Below, one piece after another: positions 23,906-36,517 of a DNA stretch of 64,000 bases. The stretch is from an uncultured Verrucomicrobiae bacterium. GTDB lineage: Bacteria; Verrucomicrobiota; Verrucomicrobiia; Chthoniobacterales; UBA10450. Position numbers and translations under genes: made by a program. The stretch spans positions 608,001-672,000 of the forward strand of contig CAVSDR010000003.1 of assembly GCA_963726745.1 (NCBI GenBank). Reading direction: 5' to 3'. A model generated the notes under the pieces. That model searched no databases, had not been told where the DNA came from, and saw nothing but the letters and a program-made list of their open reading frames with translations. Within the stretch, counting starts at the first letter, position 1. Each line of letters begins with the position of its first letter.

Positions 23906-25131
23906 TCTTGGAATTCGCGTGCGCCACAGGCTACGGACCTGTGCGCGATGCGGTATCCTTCTGCGCGCAAAACCGACCGCAGGACCAGACACTTCACTGC
24001 CCGTCCAGCCATCTATCGTCGTTAGTGCGCTGGGCGGATCGATCTTCTCGTAGCTTCGCGAAGGCGATTGTCGCCGGATCCGGTTCTCACTTTCGATTCA
24101 CAGAGGGTTCGGCGAGGAACCAAACCCTCCCCGGCGCGCTCGGAGGATTGGTGAGTCGGTCGAGATCATCGGGCAACTCCCGAAAAGTCATGCAATTGCG
24201 CCGGATGTGAAAGCAAACTGCACGATTCTGGAACTAACCCCGGCGCCCCTCCGAAACCTTGCCGCCTTCCCCTTCCAACCTGTGATAGACGAAAAAAGGT
24301 TCGCCTTTAAAGACGAAGAGCGTTTTGCCGTTCAGATCCAGCGTGGTTGTCGCGTCCTTCGTTTAATTCTCGTTAGGTCTTTGACCGTCGACGTTTCTCC
24401 TCACATGGAATCCGGATAAGTGGACGTGGAAGGCACTCGACGAGGATTACGACCTGTTGGGGCAAGGTTCTTGACGGCCGATGGAGCTGCGGACTGTCTC
24501 GGTATCGCGCGGCGACGCGTATTCCGTTCGCAGGTCGGGAGCAGCGCGCATCTGGCACGGGTGTAGTCACTCAGAAAGTCAAGAACGATATCCAATCGAG
24601 ATCGGAGGTATCGACTCGATGGAGCTTCGACGTATCGCTCGAGCAAAGCCGAAAGCAGTTACTGTCTCGAGCGCGGCTCAATGAGCCCAGCTCGCCACAG
24701 CGATCCAAACACCAGGCCGGCTTGATAGCCATCTCGACTGATGATCCGCCGCGCTAGAGGAATCGTGGCGTGGGTTTTTGCTTCGCGCGGTTACTCTCCG
24801 ATAGTTCTCGCCGAAGAGATGCTGCGGCAGAGCGCTTCTGGCGAGCGTCCGCTCCCCTAAACGGGAACGGCTGATCAGCGCGATCTCGTAGAAAGCGTCA
24901 TAGCCCATTTCCGACGTAGATGCGCGTTTGCGGCATCGACTTCGCACATGTTTTGTGACTTGGGCACTGGCTTCACTCACGTCATCACACCGACCTATCG
25001 GAGATCGCCGCGGCACGCCGGTTGATCCGCAGAGACCTGTGCCCGTTTCCCGAACGCAGGTATGCTTCGTCGCGCACGCCGCCGCTCAGCGTGACCGAGA
25101 TCAAGCGCATTCGAAATGAACGAAGACAAAG

Positions 25132-25254
25132 GCTCAACCTGTAGTGATGCAGCTAACCGCGGGCCGCTCCCTACCAACTTCTGGGATGGCTACCACAATT
25201 CCAGCTGCACCATGCGCCGCCCCGCCAGCGGTAGCTGATCTTGTCTCGTTAGGC
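25132..25254 (+). other. attC recombination site (123 bp)
   Basis: R'' GCTCAAC (25132), L'' arm ATGCAGCTAACCGC (25147-25160) pairing with GCGGTAGCTGAT (25228-25239) with two unpaired extra bases, R' GTTAGGC (25248-25254). Confidence 0.8.
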
Positions 25255-25905
25255 CTGAGCTAAAGCGCCTCACGCCGACATTGTGCCCGCGGTGCTCATC
25301 ATAGGTGCGTCGATTGCTCGCGCAGAACCAGACGTTGCCAACGATCAAGAAACGCGTTCGAACGTCGAATTGGCGGTCACCGGATTGAATTGGCCGAACC
25401 CAAAACAGATTCTTTGCGGACCCAAGGCTGTCGCCTTGATAGCCCAGGGGACCCAAGATGGGCAGAAGTTTCCTGCCATTCATGTCAGCAAGGACGCCAG
25501 CAGGAATCTTCTTGCCCCGTGAGGGTAATAAGGGCAACGAGTATCCATTCTCGTCAGCTGGATACGGCGCGAGTCAGCTGCATCGAGAATTTATCTCGTC
25601 ATTTACGGCATTATCGCCGGAGATATGAACATCCGCTGCACGAAGACATTTACGAAGAATAGGCTGCTCAGCGCATATCACGAGTCCTCCGCCGTCGATT
25701 TCGGATTGAGCGGCATCGCACTCACGTTCAGACGAGAGTACCGGGATAACATTTTGATTACGTTCGGCCGGTAGATTGGCAGCGTCAGATCAGGAGATGC
25801 TCTTTTCGGCGCGTTTCGCAAGCTGGGTCGGGTACAGCGACCACGCACCGGTGATGTCGTCGACATCTCGGTTCCGAAAGACCTAACCATGCGATGCAGA
25901 TATGG

Positions 25906-25986
25906 GGGCAGAAATAGTCAGCTTCATAATCTCGCTGCGCTTTGTTGGCGGGAACGAAGTTATATGAAGCTGACCCCGAGTCGCTT
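25906..25986. repeat. Palindromic MITE/REP-like element, copy 1 (degenerate)
   Basis: GTCAGCTTCATAA...TATGAAGCTGACCCCGAGTCGCTT; about 80 bp similar to 27486-27564. Confidence 0.85.
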
Positions 25987-26006
25987 TCCCTGACGCGCCG
26001 CTTCTC

Positions 26007-26462
26007 ATGCGTCTGGTTTTCGGCCAGGAACGGATGTGGGCCGGGTGGGCGTGGTTTCTTGGTGACATTGCCATTTTTTGGGGCAGCATTGCTTTCGCCG
26101 TGAACATGTCCAGGTGGACGAGAAGACTAGCCGATGACCGCTCTCCGGTGGATTCTATTCATTCCCGCAGCGTTGTCGTAGGAATGCTCGCGAGACTCCA
26201 TTTACGCTTGTTTCCGGCCTTTTTTCCGGCCATCAATGAGTTCATCGTGTGCGGCGCCGCGGGCGCCGTCACAATGATAATGGTGGGTTTGCGCGTCGCC
26301 CCGAAGCGGAGCGCGGCCGCGAAGTGGACATTGATCGCGATTACTGCTCTCTTGGGCGCACTTGCCGGACTCGGTTCGCTCGTAGGGTACCGACAAGCTG
26401 CAGGCGGCGATTGGGATCACTACGTTTCTTGTCGCGATTTCTTTTTGGGGCACCAGCGCTGA
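26007..26462 (+). pseudogene. Probable decayed cassette gene for a small membrane protein
   Basis: Hydrophobic segments (CGAAGAVTMIMVGLRVAP..AAKWTLIAITALLGALAG); ends just before an attC left end at 26477. Confidence 0.4.
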
Positions 26463-27485
26463 TGACATCGCCAACGCCTAACCATGCGATAGGCTGTGCA
26501 ATAAGTCTGAAGCCAAGAAAATCGGGCGAACAAGGAGGACCTATAAATCGCTTCTATTTTCTCTGAGGATGTTTCGATGGTCTTTTCTGAGCCGTCTTAT
26601 GTGCTCCGGCGACTTATTACACATCCTCGCGATGCAGCGAACCCCAGCCGGCTCTGCGTCCACATTTCCATGACTAAACCCCTAACTCCATCAGCGACTG
26701 CCTCCGGCAGAGCGTCGCTGATCTTGTCCCCGCTTAGACTCACCATGTGGTGGAAACACGTGCTCGAATTTTGATTGTCAGCGGCCATCCTGTCAGAGGC
26801 GGCGGCTTTTGGGCTTGCCAAGCAGAGGCATCTTCAGTTCGCGGGCATTCCGAAGCCGCCGTTTCATCGGTTATCTCGGCCAGGGGATGATCGCCGAAGA
26901 AGTGCCGCGATCGAGCCGGTCTTCGGCTCGTTCGCCAAGAAGAAGATGTTTGCAGAAAGCGCCTGGCGGCGCTCCGTCAGGGCGCGGCTCCAATTGATTG
27001 GCATCTCTCCTACTCATCATCAGCTTCTTCCTCGGCGTTTGGTATTTCGTCGTCAGCTTGGCAGTGTTCGTTCTGCTCTCCATCGGCCACATACCGCCAT
27101 CAGCCAAGAACAACAACGCTACTCACGTGCACACGCTCATTTCGAACATATAAAGTGGATCAGGCCCTTGGAGGCGCCGAAGCGACTGGCACCGCATTCG
27201 TAGCGAGAATCTCGCCAATGGTGCTTTGATGCCGTCCTCCGTTCAGACCGAGTTCCAGCAGATGCTGTCGGCACATCTATTCCAGGACGCGTTCGAAACA
27301 TCACCGGTTAACACAGCGTCACTCCTGCGCCTCCGCTCGCTATGCATTGCGGCCATAGAGGAAGAGTTTGGCGCGTGAAAAGCCCTAACCAGGCGAAGCA
27401 GACATGTGGTTAGTGCAAGAAGTTTGTTTTCATGGTGAGTTTTCTTTCTGTTCCCCTCAAGAGGAGGGGTTTTGGGAACCGCAGT

Positions 27486-27564
27486 GGGCAGAAGGGGTCA
27501 GCTTCATAATCTCGCTGCGGTTTCTGGCGGGAGCGGAAGTTATGAAGCTGACCCCGAGTCGCTT
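27486..27564. repeat. Palindromic MITE/REP-like element, copy 2
   Basis: Perfect 16-bp inverted repeat GGGGTCAGCTTCATAA (27494-27509) / TTATGAAGCTGACCCC (27540-27555). Confidence 0.88.
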
Positions 27565-27626
27565 CGCATCTGGGCAATAGCCGCGGAGAGATGGACGCTT
27601 TGGCCGGCGGGAGCTCAGAAGCGGGC

Positions 27627-27827
27627 ATGCGAACTTTAGTCGTGGAGGTGCGTGGCGGGGTCGTGCAGGAGATTTACACCGATGCGGAGAACCTGCGGGT
27701 GGTGGTGGTGGATTGGGATGGGGGAGACGATCCCGAGCATCCCTACGACGGCGGTGACTTCTCCGCGCAGCCGATTGGCAGTCTGCCGGAAGAAACCATG
27801 CGCGCGGTCCTTTCTCTGACGGCTTGA
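27627..27827 (+). CDS. Small acidic hypothetical protein
   Basis: MRTLVVEVRGGVVQEIYTDAENLRVVVVDWD...; plausible compact beta-rich domain with good codon usage. Confidence 0.65.
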   Translation: MRTLVVEVRGGVVQEIYTDAENLRVVVVDWDGGDDPEHPYDGGDFSAQPIGSLPEETMRAVLSLTA

Positions 27828-27912
27828 GCGTAGTTTAGCCGACGCCTTGGCCGGCGCTAAATCGCGTATCTATAGGGCTTTATCGACCGCAGATCGGGCC
27901 GGGACATCTTCC

Positions 27913-28270
27913 GCTCGGACCGAGATTACGCACGCTCGGGTCGAGTTGACCGACACTCGGGATGAGTTGACCGACGCTCGGATTCGAATGACCGACGCTC
28001 GGGTTGAAATGATCGAGGCTCGGGTCGAGTTGAGCGACGCTCGGATTGAGTGGGAGGCCTGCTCGGGTGCGGTGGAGGCAGGCTCGGGGCGCGTGGGACG
28101 AGGCTCGGGTGGTGATGCGGCGCGCTCGGGACGGAAGGACCAGCGCTCGGGGCGCGGCGCGGACCGCTCGGGTCGAGTGGGACGACGCTCCGGGTGAAGC
28201 GAACGATGCTGGGGCTGAGTGGGAAGAGGCTGGGGCGGGCGCGAAGCGGGCTGGGGACGGGATGGGGGGA
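27913..28270 (+). repeat. 21-bp-period tandem array with a conserved GCTCGG core (17 units)
   Basis: Core at 27913, 27934, 27955 (ACTCGG), 27976, 27997, 28018, 28039, 28061, 28082, 28103, 28124, 28145, 28166, 28187 (GCTCCG), and 28208, 28229, 28250 (GCTGGG). All spacings are 21 except one of 22. Confidence 0.92.
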
Positions 28271-28327
28271 GCGTGGGGCGGGCTTTCTCGTTGATTTTGC
28301 CTAACAACTTGTTCAATCTCCCGGGCC

Positions 28328-29022
28328 ATGAACGACGATCAAGAAAATCGACGGGGACGGGCGGGCGCCGTCTCGGGCGTGCTGGCGAAATATCAAACGG
28401 CGATCGCCGCGGTGCCGGCGATCGTGGCCCAGCAGACGGAGCTGAATGATTCCATCGCGTTGGTGGACGAGATTGCCCAAGGGCAGGCCTCGCCGACCAC
28501 GGGTGTGACCTTCCAACAAGGAGGCGTTGACCGACCTGATGGTGCGCAAAACGGTGCAGGTGGCCGGGCAATTGAAAGCTTTTGCCAGCGTGACGAACAA
28601 CAAGGCCCTGGAGGAGAAGGCCAACGTGAGCCGTTCAACGTTCATGAAGAAGCGCGACGAGCAGCGCGATGAAGTGGCGCAGGAAATCCATGATCTGGCC
28701 AGCGCGCAACGTGGCGGCGCTGGCGGACTACGGCACCACGGCGGCCACGCTCTCTGCGCTGCAGACGCGGATCGACGTTTACTCGCAGGCAGTGCAGTCG
28801 CCGCGGATCGCCAAAAGCCATGTGGCCGGGCTGACGCAACTGCTAGAAAAGGAAATTCGCCGGATGGACACGATCCAGCGGGAGCGGTTGGATCCGTTGA
28901 TGGAGCAATTCAGCGATTCGAACGAGATGCTCTACAACGAATACCAGAGCGCCCGCACGCTGGTGGACAATAAGGGCGGCGGGAAGAAGACCGCCAACCC
29001 GCCGGCTAAACCGACACCCTAG
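28328..29022 (+). CDS. Uncharacterised predicted alpha-helical protein (about 230 aa) split by two apparent indels (about 28510 and 28706)
   Basis: Three overlapping ORFs join into MNDDQENRR...GVT/KEALTDLM...IHDLASA/NVAALADYG...SPR...LDPLMEQF...YNEYQSARTLVD. Confidence 0.75.
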
Positions 29023-29078
29023 AGCGTGCGGCGGCCGCGCGCTCTTGACCTGCGGCAGGCAGAGCAGAGAGTCTTCCC

Positions 29079-29288
29079 ATGGTTTTGACCGCCGTGCTCA
29101 TTCCAGCCGAGGACGGTGGCTTCGTCGCGCTGAACCCTGAGACAGGGTCTACCACGCAGGGCGAGAGCGTTGCTGAAGCGGTCGCCAACCTCCAAGAGGC
29201 GACGGAGCTTTACCTCGAGGAGTTCCCGTTGCACAGCACTGGGCAACCGCTGGTTACCACCTTCGAGGTCGCGGTTCTGCATGCCTAG
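29079..29288 (+). CDS. hicB: HicB-family antitoxin (short, no DNA-binding domain)
   Basis: EDGGFVA..PE.G..TQGES..EA.ANLQEA.ELYLE motif. Confidence 0.92.
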   Translation: MVLTAVLIPAEDGGFVALNPETGSTTQGESVAEAVANLQEATELYLEEFPLHSTGQPLVTTFEVAVLHA

Positions 29289-29496
29289 ACTGCCGCGGGT
29301 TTCCGGCGCGGAGGCGGTGCGAACTCTCGAGCGTTTAGGGTTCTCCGTCGTTCGGCAGCGTGGCAGTCACATCATCATGCGCAGAGGAGGGTCTGGGTGC
29401 GTCGTTCCGAATCATCGGGAGATCAAGGCTGGCACTCTCGCGGGCGTTCTGCGGCAGGCGGGAGTTTCCATAGAGGAATTCATTTCTGCGCAATGA
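29281..29496 (+). CDS. hicA: HicA-family mRNA interferase toxin
   Basis: [28 protein letters not shown]...[19 protein letters not shown]; overlaps the hicB stop. Confidence 0.93.
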   Translation: MPRLPRVSGAEAVRTLERLGFSVVRQRGSHIIMRRGGSGCVVPNHREIKAGTLAGVLRQAGVSIEEFISAQ

Positions 29497-29707
29497 CACC
29501 CGCCCTAGAGCGTGCGGCGGCCGTGCGCGGCGATATCCAGCACGGCAAGTATTCCTTTCCCCGGCGAACCGAGCACGGCAGGGGCGGCGGCGGGTGGCTT
29601 TCCCGCCACGTCTCCCCATGGCGGCGGCGTGGCCCCTGCTCTTTTGCAATGCCAAATCCTTCATGGTAACCTCCCTGTCCCTCATTTTGGGGGCGCGCTT
29701 ACCTCTT

Positions 29708-31745
29708 ATGGCCCAACCAGATCGCAACTCGAAAAAGGAGAACAAACCCGGCGGCACCGACCCCAGTTTCAACTGGCGCGGCGTGGTCCTGATCGCCATC
29801 GCTTTCTCCCTCATTGCCCTCGCGGTGCTCTTCCGCGGCGGCGCCTACGCCAACGTGGAGGATGTGCCTTACAATCGCTTCCTCGAGCTGCTGGAAAACA
29901 AGCAGATCGCGAACGACAAAAACTTCCCGCTCCAGCTGGTGGTCGAGGAGGGTGTGCCCACGCAAACGCTCCGCGGCTATTACATCCGCCAGGCGACCGG
30001 CCCGAACCAGGCCGCGCAGGTCCCCTTCCGCACGACCATTTTCCTGAACTACAACACGAACCTGCAGGATAAGCTGAGCGAGGCCGGGATTCAGCCCGCG
30101 ATCAAGCGCGACTCGAACGTCTGGATGCAGACGCTCATGGGCTTCCTCCCGATCGCGTTTTTCCTGCTCGTGCTCTACTTCCTCTTCCGCCAGCAGATCC
30201 GCATGGCCGGCAAGGGCGCGCTCAACTTCGGCAAGTCGAAGGCGCGCATGCTCGCGCGCGACAAGAACAAGATCACCTTCAAGGACGTCGCCGGCGTCGA
30301 GGAAGCGAAGGACGAAGTGACCGAGCTGGTCGAGTTCCTGCGCGATCCGAAGAAGTTCCAGAAACTCGGCGGCCGCATCCCGAAAGGCGTGCTCCTGGTC
30401 GGCCCTCCGGGAACGGGCAAGACGCTCCTGGCTCGCGCGATTGCCGGCGAGGCCGATGTGCCGTTTTTCTCGATCAGCGGTTCGGACTTCGTGGAAATGT
30501 TTGTCGGCGTCGGCGCGAGCCGCGTGCGCGACATGTTCGAGCAGGGCAAGAAGAGCGCGCCGTGCATTATTTTCATCGATGAGATCGACGCCGTGGGCCG
30601 GCATCGCGGCCATGGCGTGGGCGGCGGGCATGATGAGCGCGAGCAGACGCTCAATGCGCTGCTCGTCGAGATGGATGGCTTCGACACGCAGGAAGGCGTG
30701 ATCATCATCGCCGCGACCAACCGCCCCGATGTGCTCGATCCGGCGCTGCTGCGTCCCGGGCCGTTTCGACCGCCAGATCACGGTGAACTTGCCGGATGTG
30801 AAGGGCCGCGAGGAAATCCTGCGCGTTCATTCCAAGAAGGTGAAGCTCGCGGAAGGCGTCGACCTCCAGGTGGTCGCGCGCGGCACGCCGGGCTACTCCG
30901 GCGCGGAATTAGCCAACGTGATCAACGAAGCGGCACTGCTGGCCGCACGTCGCGGGCTCAAGGGAATCACGCTCAAGGAACTCGAAGAAGCGCGCGACAA
31001 GGTCCGCTGGGGCAAGGAACGCCGCAGCCTGGCGTTGAGCGAAAAGGAGAAGACGAACACCGCTTACCACGAAGCCGGCCACGCGCTCCTGCTCGAACTG
31101 CTCCCGCACACCGAGCCGTTGCATAAGGTCACGATTATCCCGCGCGGCCCTTCGTTAGGCAGCACCATGTGGCTCCCGGAAGAGGACAAATACACCAATC
31201 GTAAAAACGAACTCCTCGCCAGCCTGGTGGTGAAAATGGGCGGCCGCGTCGCGGAAGAAATCGTCTTTGGCGACGTGACCAACGGCGCCAGCGGCGACAT
31301 CAAGATGGCGACGAACGTCGCCCGCCGGATGGTCTGCGAATGGGGCATGAGCGAGAAGATGGGCATGGTGGAATACGGCGAGCACGAAGACTACGTCTTC
31401 CTCGGCCGCGACATCTCGCGGGCGCGGGATTACAGCGAAGCGACCGCGGAAGAGATCGACCGCGAAGTGCGCAAGCTGATCGACGACGCTTACGCGAAAG
31501 CGAAGAGCGAGTTGACCAACCATCGCGACAAGCTCGAGATCATCGCCCGGGCGCTGTTGGAATTCGAAACGCTCGATGGCGCGCAGATCCGCGACATCAT
31601 CGAGCACGGCCGGATGTTGAATCCGCCTCCGGGCCCCGACGCCAAGGGTCCCGACATGCCGGCGGAAAAGCCGCCCAAGCAAGTCGTGCTCGCGCCGGAA
31701 GTGAATCCTCCGCTCCCCGGCGGACTGAGCGGCGCCCCGGCCTAG
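29708..31745 (+). CDS. ftsH: ATP-dependent zinc metalloprotease FtsH; apparent 1-bp insertion near 30760
   Basis: Two TM helices, [25 protein letters not shown] split across frames, and HEAGH. Confidence 0.96.
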
Positions 31746-31820
31746 CCGGCTGGCTGCCATGCGCGGCGGCGGGAACGCCGCCGCGTGGGCGGCGGCGTTC
31801 TGCAGTGCAGAAAGCGCTGG

Positions 31821-32153
31821 CTATTCGCCGCGCTGCTTCTCGACCAGGTGCCGCAACTGGCGCTCCATCGTCTTGAAGGCGTCGTGCACCACTTTAGTCA
31901 GCGGCTTGTGCGCTTCGTCGCCGTTCTGGCTTTCATCGGCCACCAGCTCGTGCCCGCCGGCCACGGTCACGTCGATCCGGACGCGGTAAGGATTGCCTTT
32001 TTTGTGCGCGTGATTCGGCTGCTCAATCGCGACATCGCAGCGGTTGATGTGATCGCAGAATTTGTCGAGCCTTCCGGCCATCTCCAGGACCATGGTCTCG
32101 ATCTCGGCTGATTTTTCGACGCCGCGATAGGTAATTTCGACAGGCAATTGCAT
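31821..32153 (-). CDS. HPF/RaiA-family ribosome-associated protein
   Basis: MQLPVEITYRGVEKS...LDKFCDHINRCDVAIE...YRVRIDVTV...DAFKTMERQL. Confidence 0.88.
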   Translation of the reverse strand: MQLPVEITYRGVEKSAEIETMVLEMAGRLDKFCDHINRCDVAIEQPNHAHKKGNPYRVRIDVTVAGGHELVADESQNGDEAHKPLTKVVHDAFKTMERQLRHLVEKQRGE

Positions 32154-32215
32154 ACGTTTGCACTCCGGTTGCTGACCGAATGTGTCAAGGCGCGGCCAGT
32201 CCGCCGAGGGACGGG

Positions 32216-32677
32216 CTAGAGCGCCTGGAGCGAACGAAAATGCCCGGGCAAGGCCGCCTGCTCGATCTTCACCAGGTCGGATTTCACATGCTCCACGATG
32301 CGCGACTTCACGTCATTCGAGAGCTGTTCGACCACCGCCGCATGGATCGCCGCCGGGGCCGCAAGCGACCAGCCATTCTTGCTCTCGCGCTTGACCACTT
32401 CCGAGATGCTGTCGGCTAATTGCCGAAGGATGCGGCGCTCGTTTTCGGTTTCAAGGCCCTGGCGTTCGGCGACGGAGTTGGCGTGCCGGCCGTTGCCGTC
32501 ACTGACCGGGAAACGTCCGGCCTGGTCAGTCACGCGGTCCTGGATGCGCGTGTGCGCGTCGGTGATGTCGAAGGATTGCACCAGCTCGAGGCTCGGGCCG
32601 CGGTTCGGCGTTTCGTTCACTTTGTAGGCCTTCATGCTTCCGCGATCGGCCACGACGATGAGTGATGTTGGTGTCAT
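32216..32677 (-). CDS. Host-attachment-protein family member (AtsE/baeRF-like)
   Basis: LIVVADRG, TDQAGRFP, LAAP and KSDLVK pattern; ATG at 32677. Confidence 0.78.
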   Translation of the reverse strand: MTPTSLIVVADRGSMKAYKVNETPNRGPSLELVQSFDITDAHTRIQDRVTDQAGRFPVSDGNGRHANSVAERQGLETENERRILRQLADSISEVVKRESKNGWSLAAPAAIHAAVVEQLSNDVKSRIVEHVKSDLVKIEQAALPGHFRSLQAL

Positions 32678-32760
32678 GCAATAAACAGTGTTCGGCGACA
32701 AGGTATCGGATGCGAGCGCTAAATCGCGCGGCCGCGGTCCCCTTCGCAGATGTAATCGGT

Positions 32761-35082
<2,322 letters not shown>

Positions 35083-35226
35083 ATTGTTCCTATCCCTACG
35101 GGACTGAGTGCGAAATTGGTTGCAGGAGCTTTCAGAAACTTCCGGCACTTTTGACTTCCGTCGCGCGCGACGACTCGTTAGTCTGCCGCTTCCCGGCGGC
35201 CCTATCCCCGCCCGGCCTTCCCCCCC

Positions 35227-36508
35227 ATGAAGAAAAAACCTTGGACCGTCCTGGTCTACCTCGCGGGCGACAACAACCTCGACTCCGCCGGCGTGACCGA
35301 TCTCGCGGAGATGAAACGCGTCGGCTCGACCGACCAGCTCAACCTCGTGGCGCAATTCGACCGCGCCGCCGGCGAGGCGCAAACCCACCGCTACTTCCTC
35401 CGGAAAGGCGGCACCCTCGACGCCGATGCCGTGGGCAATCTCGGCGAGACCAACACTGGCGATCCGAAAGTGCTGTCTGATTTCATCCGCTGGAGCGTGC
35501 GCAATTATCCCGCGGAGCATTACCTCCTGGTCGTCTGGAATCACGGCGCCGGCTGGGACGATACCGATGTCTATCGCCTTGCCCGCTCCGGAGGCGCCAG
35601 CATCACCCGGCGCGGCCAGACCATCCGCGGTGCCGGCGGCAGCGCAGAGGACACAGCCATTTCCCTGCGCCGCATCCGCACCATCGGCGGCGGCAAATTC
35701 CGCCGCGCCCTCTTCCGCACCTCCGTGGCCGCGGCCATCCACACCCGCGGCATCGCCTACGACGATAACGCGCAGGATTTCCTCGATAATCTGGAGCTCA
35801 AGCGCGTCCTCCTCGCGGCCAAGAAAACCATCGGCCGGAAGATCGACCTCCTCGGGCTCGACGCCTGCCTCATGAGCATGGCCGAGGTCGGCTACGAGAA
35901 TCGCGACGCCGCCGATTTTACCATCGGCTCCGAGCAAACCGAGCCGGGCGACGGCTGGCCTTACCACACCATCCTGGCCGAGCTGGCGAAGAAACCAACG
36001 ATGGCTCCGCGTGAATTAGCCAGCGTGATCGTGAAACGTTATCTCGCCTCCTACCCGGCCAATTCCGGCGTCACCCAGTCGGCCTGCGACCTCGGGCAAA
36101 GCGAGGCGTTGCGCGCCGCGATCGACCAATTAGGCAGCGCTTTGAGCGCTGCGCTTGCCAGCGAAAGCACCCGCGCCGGCATCCTCCAGGCCCGCACTCA
36201 GGTGCAAAGCTACGAGACGCGCGATTACGTCGACCTGCAGGACTTGTGCGATCTTCTGCAAGCCAACTGCGCCACGCAAAAAGCGATCGTGGCCGCGGCG
36301 AAGACCGTCGGCCAGTGCGATCAAAAATTACGTCGTCGCCCAGGGCGCGAAGGGTTCCGCGGTGGCGCATTCCCACGGCGTCTCGATCCATTTCCCAAAC
36401 GACCCGCGCCAGCCGCTCTCGCCGCTCTACGCCAGGCTGGACTTCGCAAAGAAGGGCCGATGGGACGAATTCCTCCAGGCCTGGCTGCAGGCCTTGCAGC
36501 GGCGCTGA
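35227..36508 (+). CDS. Clostripain-family (C11) cysteine peptidase; apparent indel near 36310
   Basis: WTVLVYLAGDNNL, WNHGAGW (His), DACLM (Cys), EPGDGWPY; C-terminal HGVSIHFP in the next frame. Confidence 0.88.
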
Positions 36509-36517
36509 AGTCGCTGT

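Larger units (their letters stand above)
24010..27410 (+). mobile_element. Decayed integron gene-cassette array without a visible integrase (CALIN-like)
   Basis: Visibly lower-GC, ORF-poor block. One near-complete attC (25132-25254), probable attC right ends at about 24019 and 24362-24378, and attC left ends at 25881 (ACCTAACCATGCGATGCAG), 26477 (GCCTAACCATGCGATAG) and 27383 (GCCCTAACCAGGCGAAGCAG), all in the same orientation. Confidence 0.7.
29017..29523 (+). repeat. 21-bp perfect direct repeat flanking hicBA
   Basis: CCCTAGAGCGTGCGGCGGCCG at 29017-29037 and 29503-29523; extends to 26 bp with one mismatch. Confidence 0.92.

Noticed and set aside
24050..24420. Possible intI/attI at the head of the cassette block
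   Set aside because: No tyrosine recombinase motifs were recognisable in the listed ORFs, and attI cannot be called from sequence alone.
27913..28270. CRISPR array
   Set aside because: The constant part is only 6 bp and the period 21 bp, far below CRISPR repeat-spacer sizes, and no cas genes are in the window.
28208..28282. G-quadruplex-like GGG runs
   Set aside because: They are the G-rich tail of the 21-bp array and give no independent evidence of function.
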